DNA of 64,000 nucleotides from a virus: IMG/VR virus record IMGVR_UViG_3300028837_002886, positions 1 to 64,000 of that record; one strand, 5' to 3'. Shown piece by piece: positions 58,333 to 64,000 of this stretch (position 1 is its first letter; each line of letters starts with the position of its first letter). The notes under the pieces were generated by a model. It saw only the letters and a program-made list of their open reading frames with translations, ran no database searches and was not told where the DNA came from. The position numbers and the translations under genes were made by a program.

Positions 58333-58753
58333 ATATTTTTTCTATCTCAATTTTGGCTTTTTTTAACAGCGGCTTTTGATACGTATAAGCCATTTCTACA
58401 GCTTGATCCACCGGGTAGAACTTGGAAACATCAACCTCGCTCTTATCATATCCAACAGTGTGCTTTTTGTCATCTATCTGACCGGCCTTTACTTTGGCGA
58501 GATATGCATGAACTCGCTTTTTCTTGCCATAGTGCCTGTCAACGTGCCCGAGATATTTGATGATCTCGGGGGTGATGCCAGTTTCTTCCTTGGTTTCTCT
58601 TATGGCGGTTTGTTCTAACTTTTCGCCGCGGTCAATATTGCCTTTAGGAAATCCGAATCGTTTTATCTTCCAGTTGCCCGCTCCATGTACCATGAGAATG
58701 TGCGGAACTCCATCATAATCCTGTACAACAATACAGCCAGATGATTCTTCCAT
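58313..58753 (-). CDS. NUDIX hydrolase
   Basis: FPKGNIDRGEKLEQTAIRETKEETG Nudix box. Confidence 0.93.
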   Translation of the reverse strand: MEESSGCIVVQDYDGVPHILMVHGAGNWKIKRFGFPKGNIDRGEKLEQTAIRETKEETGITPEIIKYLGHVDRHYGKKKRVHAYLAKVKAGQIDDKKHTVGYDKSEVDVSKFYPVDQAVEMAYTYQKPLLKKAKIEIEKIYERTQS

Positions 58754-58764
58754 TAGTGTTATCC

Positions 58765-58977
58765 TTAGTAATCTATGTCTTCAATGGCGCCGAATATTCC
58801 CATGATTCTCAACACGACGAATAAAACGAAGACGAGAAACACCATGGGTATCAGCATAATAAATCCAAATGAGCACCTCGCGGTTGTTTTTATACCTTTA
58901 CGAATCGGCCTGGGTTTTACCCAGTTCGGATTTTTCAAAAGGTTCTTCGCTACGAATACTTTTCTATTTCTTCTCAC
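58765..58977 (-). CDS. Small membrane protein with AKNLL tag
   Basis: VAKNLL followed by a TM helix. Confidence 0.65.
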   Translation of the reverse strand: MRRNRKVFVAKNLLKNPNWVKPRPIRKGIKTTARCSFGFIMLIPMVFLVFVLFVVLRIMGIFGAIEDIDY

Positions 58978-59328
58978 TTGTCTTTCTTTATATGAACCGC
59001 GAGTCCTTTGTTTCTGGGTGCATCTTCTACATCCTTTACTATCCGCTCAAGTTCGGTTACAAATTCCTCATAATGAAACATCTGTAAACTTCTATCTCCT
59101 TCTGCATCTTGAATTTTCCATTTCAATTCGGCTATCTTTTCTGCTATCCATGTATCCACCTCATCGGCTATATACATATCCGTATATGGATTCCCAATTC
59201 CCAAAATTATCTTTGCATTATACCGCTTCATCCTCTCCCCCCAACTTCGCTACGAATACTTTTCTATTTCTTCTCACTTGTCTTTCTTTATATGAACCGT
59301 GAGCCCTTTGTTTCTGGGTGCATCTTCT
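58945..59328. repeat. 84-bp direct repeat (58945-59028 and 59245-59328, 2 mismatches, 300 bp apart)
   Basis: Covers the VWA gene 3' end and the start of the following gene. Confidence 0.95.
58974..59231 (-). CDS. 85-aa chimeric protein ending in the duplicated VWA C-terminus
   Basis: Ends EDAPRNKGLAVHIKKDK versus EDAPRNKGLTVHIKKDK. Confidence 0.7.
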   Translation of the reverse strand: MKRYNAKIILGIGNPYTDMYIADEVDTWIAEKIAELKWKIQDAEGDRSLQMFHYEEFVTELERIVKDVEDAPRNKGLAVHIKKDK

Positions 59329-60578
59329 CCATCCGAGGGAGTGCACCAAATACAACGGATGTTATGAATCTCAAAGTTCCAGTCAGCCCACAGGTCAGTG
59401 AAATACACGAGAAGCGCTTTATCTTTTTTGTGCTCTTTCATCCAATCAAACACAGGACCGAATGATGTACCGCCGCGACCGTGAAGTTCTATCTTCTTGT
59501 AATCTCCGCGACGATATTTGTAATACACCTTGTTGATTTGAGTATCACACTCAAGGATAGTAAGCCTGTCCTTGTCCTTGGCTATTGTTTCGATTTCTTT
59601 GAAGAACATCTGGAAATATTCCTGGTCAATGGAACCAGACGTATCAACAGCCACAACCAGTTCGTTGTGAGGCCGTTTATATCCAGGCAGTGGAAGCTGT
59701 CGCCGGTTTCTCTTGTTCCAGGTTCGGAAACGAACCGGGCCTTTGCCCCATGTCCAGTTGTTTGTGTATTTTCGTAGTAGCTGTTTCCAGTTTAGAGCTT
59801 TATCCCTGGTAAGCTCATCCAGTTTTTCAACCATTTCACCAGACATTGAACCCCAACTACGCATCCTGGCGCTTTTGACGATCTCTTCGACGACCTTTTT
59901 ATCCATCTCAGTCATCTGCTTCTGTATCCAATCGTGTACATCCATCTGCTTGAACATCTTTTTTAGAGGAGATTCGTCATCTCCACCACCTTTGCCTTTT
60001 CCATCTTGGTCTTGATCTCCCTGTCCATCTTGATCTCCCTGTCCACCTTTTCCATCACCAGGACCTTTAAGGCCAGCTTGCTGCATTTCCGAGCCGTATT
60101 TTTGTTTATACTGCTCATACTTTTTCAGCAACCATTCGTACAGAGGTTCAGAAATCTTTTCTCCTTGATAGCCTTCATCTACAGCATGAGAGAAGTATGT
60201 TCCCTGATCCCAGCACTTGATCGGCCGGCCGGCTATTTTGAGAGTGGTAATGCTATCGTTGATAATCATATCGGCTGCGATGTTCCACACCATTTTTTCT
60301 GGCATGGCTCGCTCCGTATGAAGGGAAATTACGTGCATGATCTCATGGATCATGACAAACTCAAGGATATCACTCGGGCATTTATTGACAAATTCTTTAT
60401 CGTAATACAGGTTCAGGCGTCCCTTTTCAACGCCAACACCCATTGTGGGCATCGGCAATTCGCCTGGGCCGCACTCGTGATAGTAAAACCTAAGAGTGAA
60501 CTCAGAGAAGAAAGGGGCCTCTTGAACCCACTTTGTTGAAATGATTTCAATCTTCCTGGGTATTCTGGCCCGCTTCAT
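59274..60578 (-). CDS. Metallopeptidase-like (HExxH) plus VWA-domain protein (DUF2201-like)
   Basis: HEIMH, WNIAAD..IN, G/D/Q linker, AVDTSGS, GRGGTSF, YFTD. Confidence 0.9.
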   Translation of the reverse strand: MKRARIPRKIEIISTKWVQEAPFFSEFTLRFYYHECGPGELPMPTMGVGVEKGRLNLYYDKEFVNKCPSDILEFVMIHEIMHVISLHTERAMPEKMVWNIAADMIINDSITTLKIAGRPIKCWDQGTYFSHAVDEGYQGEKISEPLYEWLLKKYEQYKQKYGSEMQQAGLKGPGDGKGGQGDQDGQGDQDQDGKGKGGGDDESPLKKMFKQMDVHDWIQKQMTEMDKKVVEEIVKSARMRSWGSMSGEMVEKLDELTRDKALNWKQLLRKYTNNWTWGKGPVRFRTWNKRNRRQLPLPGYKRPHNELVVAVDTSGSIDQEYFQMFFKEIETIAKDKDRLTILECDTQINKVYYKYRRGDYKKIELHGRGGTSFGPVFDWMKEHKKDKALLVYFTDLWADWNFEIHNIRCIWCTPSDGEDAPRNKGLTVHIKKDK

Positions 60579-61672
60579 TATTTCTGCTCCTTTGACATCA
60601 ACTCGATGACCTTGTCTGATTCGTCATCAAACTTGTCGAGATACTTGTCAATGAAATGGTTTCCATCTGGACTGTCGGTCTTTTTGGCCACTTCCTTGAG
60701 GAAAGCCATGTGAATGTCATCCTCCATGTAATCTGTCATGTAGCGGTGGAGGTTTTCCAGATGCTTCTCCATGATCTTTTTCATTTTGCTGATGGTAACA
60801 ACCAGCTCCTGGTTGGCGGCATATCGTTGCTCACGTGCCATCTTCTCGAGCTTCGGTTTGACCTCGTCGTACTTGTTGAGGATGTCCTTTGGATCGACCA
60901 GGTTTTTTTCCTCCAGATACTTCATGAAATGAACCGCGGCGTCAGAGATTATATCGGCCGCGAGGATGTTGGTAACCTTTTTGATACCCAAGTCGCTATT
61001 CATCGCGATAAGGTCAGAAAACTTTTCCCAACTACGAGGAGTAATAAGAAACTCGTCATCGCTTTTAGTCTTGGTTTTTTTGTACAGGTAAGCTGGCTTG
61101 GCGCCAAGGAAAGCGACAACATCTTCATTGATGCTGTTCTTTTCGGCCCACTTTAGCCAACTTGGCAGGTCAGGATCCATGAAGAAATGAATGAACCTGT
61201 TGTTGAGAGCCGGATCTAAATCAACAACATCACAGCCATCTTCTGCTCCCAAGTTACCAGCACAGACAATGTGCCACTCGTCGACGAGTTCAAGGTTTCC
61301 AACCTGTCTGTCAAGAACCAGCTGGAAAACCGTTTGCAGTACATCTGGTGCAGCTCTGTTTAGCTCGTCGAGAAACAGGATGCCTGATGTTCCCTGATAC
61401 TTTGTGGTTGTCTTGAAAGGTAGGAACTCCGGAGGAAGCCATCTTGAGATACTTTCTTCCGGAACCGGGTAAGGAATACCCTTGATGTCGGATGCTTCGT
61501 GTTGTGACAGCCTAAGGTCTATAAATAGGATGCCTCGTTCCTCGGCAATTTGCTTGACGATTGCCGACTTGCCAATACCAGGCACTCCATGAATAAAAGG
61601 GGTGACTGTTTGCTTTCCTTCCAAAGGAAGGACCAGATCAAGTTTCTTTTTTACTTGCTGGGGATTTGCCAC
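60578..61672 (-). CDS. MoxR-like AAA+ ATPase
   Basis: GVPGIGKS, IDLRLSQ, LFLDELNRA, AGN, ALNNRF, TPRSWE. Confidence 0.92.
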   Translation of the reverse strand: MANPQQVKKKLDLVLPLEGKQTVTPFIHGVPGIGKSAIVKQIAEERGILFIDLRLSQHEASDIKGIPYPVPEESISRWLPPEFLPFKTTTKYQGTSGILFLDELNRAAPDVLQTVFQLVLDRQVGNLELVDEWHIVCAGNLGAEDGCDVVDLDPALNNRFIHFFMDPDLPSWLKWAEKNSINEDVVAFLGAKPAYLYKKTKTKSDDEFLITPRSWEKFSDLIAMNSDLGIKKVTNILAADIISDAAVHFMKYLEEKNLVDPKDILNKYDEVKPKLEKMAREQRYAANQELVVTISKMKKIMEKHLENLHRYMTDYMEDDIHMAFLKEVAKKTDSPDGNHFIDKYLDKFDDESDKVIELMSKEQK

Positions 61673-61709
61673 TTGTTTACTCCTTGTGTTGGTTTGTTAT
61701 ATGTATGTT

Positions 61710-62315
61710 TCAATAGCTACCTAATGAAGGCCTATAGTTCTTGTATTTATTCATATGGGCCTTTCGCTTGTTTATGAGATTCCGCCGAGACTTAGCTTTC
61801 GCCAGTTTGTTTAGAGGACCTCTGATTTTGGTTTCATATAAATTCATTATGGGCGATTTTGGATACCAACCGGCTTTGTTTTGTACATCCACGCGCTTCG
61901 CTTCTATCGGATATTTTTCGAAATAAGCATCCATCAGCCAATTGCTTTTGGGTTTTAAACAATCCGGAAGAGACTTTCTGATTGATTCACAGGCGTCTGA
62001 TATAGCCTTCAGAAAATCCAGATAAGAGTTCAGTTCGATCGAATCAAGAGGCGCCCGAGACACTTTGATTTTGGTCAGGTACTTTTTATACATCTTAGGA
62101 ACCAAATAAGTCATCGCGAACCAGTGGACATTTTCAAGTACAGCATTTGTGAGCCGAGTTTGTTTTGATGCTTCTACAATCACAACAATCGCGGCTTCGG
62201 GTATGGAAAAATCTTTCATCAAGTGTTGAATAAATGTCTTGTCATCTTTAGCTAAGGTGTATGGGCCTATTATAGCCTCAGCAAGTGCTTGTTCTGCTAT
62301 TTCTTGTGAATTCAT
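61710..62315 (-). CDS. Hypothetical protein
   Basis: 201 aa, GAGG SD. Confidence 0.7.
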   Translation of the reverse strand: MNSQEIAEQALAEAIIGPYTLAKDDKTFIQHLMKDFSIPEAAIVVIVEASKQTRLTNAVLENVHWFAMTYLVPKMYKKYLTKIKVSRAPLDSIELNSYLDFLKAISDACESIRKSLPDCLKPKSNWLMDAYFEKYPIEAKRVDVQNKAGWYPKSPIMNLYETKIRGPLNKLAKAKSRRNLINKRKAHMNKYKNYRPSLGSY

Positions 62316-62486
62316 TTACTTCTCCTCAACTTCATAGGCTTCTCGAAGAAGTGAGTTCCGTTCAATCTCTTCCTTTGTGGGCTTCCAATACTTAGGAGGC
62401 TTTGGCTTAGGAATGTTTGTGACCGGAATGAAATTCATCTTCTTGGTGTTTTTAACCTTATCGTGTTGGTAGTTTTTGTTAGTCAT
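62316..62486 (-). CDS. Small basic protein (likely start MTNKNY)
   Basis: GGAGG SD, downstream of a sigma70 promoter. Confidence 0.6.
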   Translation of the reverse strand: MTNKNYQHDKVKNTKKMNFIPVTNIPKPKPPKYWKPTKEEIERNSLLREAYEVEEK

Positions 62487-62522
62487 TTTTAAACCCTCCT
62501 GAAAGTTTATCGAACATACTTT

Positions 62523-62551
62523 ATTATAATACAAAACAGAAGGATTGTAAA
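62523..62551 (-). promoter_or_regulatory. Sigma70-like promoter TTTACA-N17-TATAAT
   Basis: -35 at 62546-62551, -10 at 62523-62528. Confidence 0.8.
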
Positions 62552-62557
62552 GGAAAA

Positions 62558-63118
62558 TCAGAGACTTTCGCGTAATATTTTGATGAATTTTTTGATTTTT
62601 GATTCCAGTCCGAGCTTTTTATAAAGTCTCTTGCGGATTTCTTTGTGAGGTTTTATCTGAACTTCGGGAGCTTTGGCCGGTTCAACTTCGTAGATATTAG
62701 AACCGCCTGTTTTGGAGATGGTGCCAACCTTGTATTCGTCCTGTTTATTGAGTACATCATTCTTACCGAGAGCTCGCAGTATGGCTTCAATAACGTTTGA
62801 ATCGGGCTGTCCCCATAGGTTGATTTGAGTTCTTGCCGAGTTGGTTCTACCTCGTATCCAGTTAGCCTTGTCTTCGTTGGATTTCATAGCATCATTATAA
62901 TGCTTCATCATGTTGCTGTGGGTGACTCTTTTAGATAAGACTTCTGCTATGTTAGCAATCGCCTTTCCGTTGAGAAATAATGTGGTTTTGTTTTTATCTT
63001 TATCTGCGTACAAAAGATTACCGGACTTGTATGAGAAAGCTACAACGTTTGGTAATCCGAAATAATGATCGGGGGATGTCTTAAGTTCCGGTTTTTCGGA
63101 GCTGTAAATAGCTTTCAT
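62558..63118 (-). CDS. Hypothetical protein, possibly virion-internal
   Basis: AAGATAA at 63137-63143 plus GAGG SD; C-terminal LESKIKKFIKILRESL. Confidence 0.7.
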   Translation of the reverse strand: MKAIYSSEKPELKTSPDHYFGLPNVVAFSYKSGNLLYADKDKNKTTLFLNGKAIANIAEVLSKRVTHSNMMKHYNDAMKSNEDKANWIRGRTNSARTQINLWGQPDSNVIEAILRALGKNDVLNKQDEYKVGTISKTGGSNIYEVEPAKAPEVQIKPHKEIRKRLYKKLGLESKIKKFIKILRESL

Positions 63119-63159
63119 GCTTGTACCTCGTTGCTATTATCTTATAATAATAACACTTA

Positions 63160-64000
63160 TCACTTGTTTTGTAAAGCAGAAAGTATAATATTACTCGCGA
63201 CTTTTCCAGAAGCGTGATTTATGCGCCTCCTGAAATCATTTGTGTTTATGCTCTTACCGCTTAGAAAATATGCCACTCTTTCTCGGAGCTTGTTATAGTC
63301 CAGCGGAACAACAAGTCCCGAGGTGCTGTAAAACTTACCCTGGTCATTTTGAGTGTCTAGTATAACAGTAGGTTTATTTAGAAATATTGATTCAACACCG
63401 GCTCCAGACCAACTAGTTACAACGACTCTCGCCTTCCTCATGAGTTCTACTGAGTTGATTTCGTTTTCGCTGTAAACCTTGTTTACCACACCTTTGAACT
63501 CTCCCTCACAGTCGGCGTGCTCCTTGATTATAATAGGGAGCTTGAAATCCTCCGTGAGTTTCAAAAGATTGAGTTTGCCAAGTATGTTTATTTTGTTTGT
63601 TATACCCTTGCCTTGTGTCAGATATAAAATATAACCTCCTTGTTCAGCGGGATAAATATCAAACAACTTGGTAGGAGAATAACCGGCTATATTGGAGTTA
63701 GGATTATCAAACTCCCTGTGACTGATTTCACCAAAGTTGAAATGATGGTCCACAAAAGGAATCATTTTCTTTTCAACCCAGGTCCCATAACCGTGTTGTA
63801 TGCCTATTTTTAATATATCTATCTGGGGCAGTATTTGATTGTGCACCTTGTTCAAACAAGGAGTTATCAGAGCTTTGACCCTGTATTGTTTGATGGTTTT
63901 CTTGATAAAATCTACCATTGGAGAAACGTCTTTAACCTGAAAAAAGCCACCGTCGACATTCTGCCCGCACATTATTATAATATTGTAGTATCCAAGCCTC
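63160..64000 (-). CDS. GT-B-fold glycosyl/glycerophospho-transferase-like protein, probably truncated at the right edge
   Basis: IQHG, IIIKEH, VVTSWSGAGVESIFLNKPTVIL. Confidence 0.65.
   Translation of the reverse strand, partial: RLGYYNIIIMCGQNVDGGFFQVKDVSPMVDFIKKTIKQYRVKALITPCLNKVHNQILPQIDILKIGIQHGYGTWVEKKMIPFVDHHFNFGEISHREFDNPNSNIAGYSPTKLFDIYPAEQGGYILYLTQGKGITNKINILGKLNLLKLTEDFKLPIIIKEHADCEGEFKGVVNKVYSENEINSVELMRKARVVVTSWSGAGVESIFLNKPTVILDTQNDQGKFYSTSGLVVPLDYNKLRERVAYFLSGKSINTNDFRRRINHASGKVASNIILSALQNK

Noticed and set aside
50961-59328. Direct repeats as DGR template/variable regions
   Set aside because: No reverse transcriptase in the window, and the mismatches are few and not consistently at template adenines.
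60010-60046. 18-bp tandem repeat (GQGDQD)
   Set aside because: Ordinary low-complexity linker for this protein family.
1029-61926. Dozens of plus-strand ORFs in the ORF track
   Set aside because: They are antisense shadows of long minus-strand genes with no recognisable motifs; only 41088..41369 has promoter, SD and family support.
1-64000. Stop-codon reassignment
   Set aside because: Long intact ORFs under code 11, with TAA, TAG and TGA all ending genes; the breaks seen are frameshifts, not in-frame stops.
45614-64000. tRNA genes near cca
   Set aside because: No cloverleaf or T-loop consensus found by eye in the intergenic gaps; tRNAscan-SE would be decisive.

Overview
This 64 kb window reads as part of a large (jumbo-type) tailed phage with a contractile tail, using the standard genetic code. 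Nearly all genes are on the minus strand. Bases 1-37 kb hold a tail/baseplate module: LamG/repeat-rich fibre paralogues, a 2574-aa fibre, gp6-, gp7/gpI-, gp25-, gp5/VgrG- and gp53-like baseplate parts, a tube-initiator, tape measure, hub, and two gp2-like proteins. About 13 small ~100-aa ORFs are interleaved with these, and with two more at 41-42 kb they share a C-terminal K-x-x-h-h-x-x-h-F helix (h = hydrophobic). Bases 37-64 kb are accessory genes: HNH, PAS/pseudo-HisKA, beta-class MTase, Cas4-like nuclease, resolvase, a Csx15-like protein, nucleotidase, CCA enzyme, DEDD exonuclease, a scattered YejB/E/F peptide ABC transporter with an M24 peptidase, WGR, NUDIX, MoxR plus VWA-metallopeptidase, and a GT-B protein. 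About 14 small unrelated ORFs here share an A-K-x-L-L tag. Three promoter-like motif classes (TTTACA-N17-TATAAT, AAAGCATATATA, AAGATAA), a candidate small structured RNA, two gene insertions flanked by duplications of the upstream gene's 3' end, and three single-base frameshifts are visible. All product calls come from motif recognition by eye; no searches were run.
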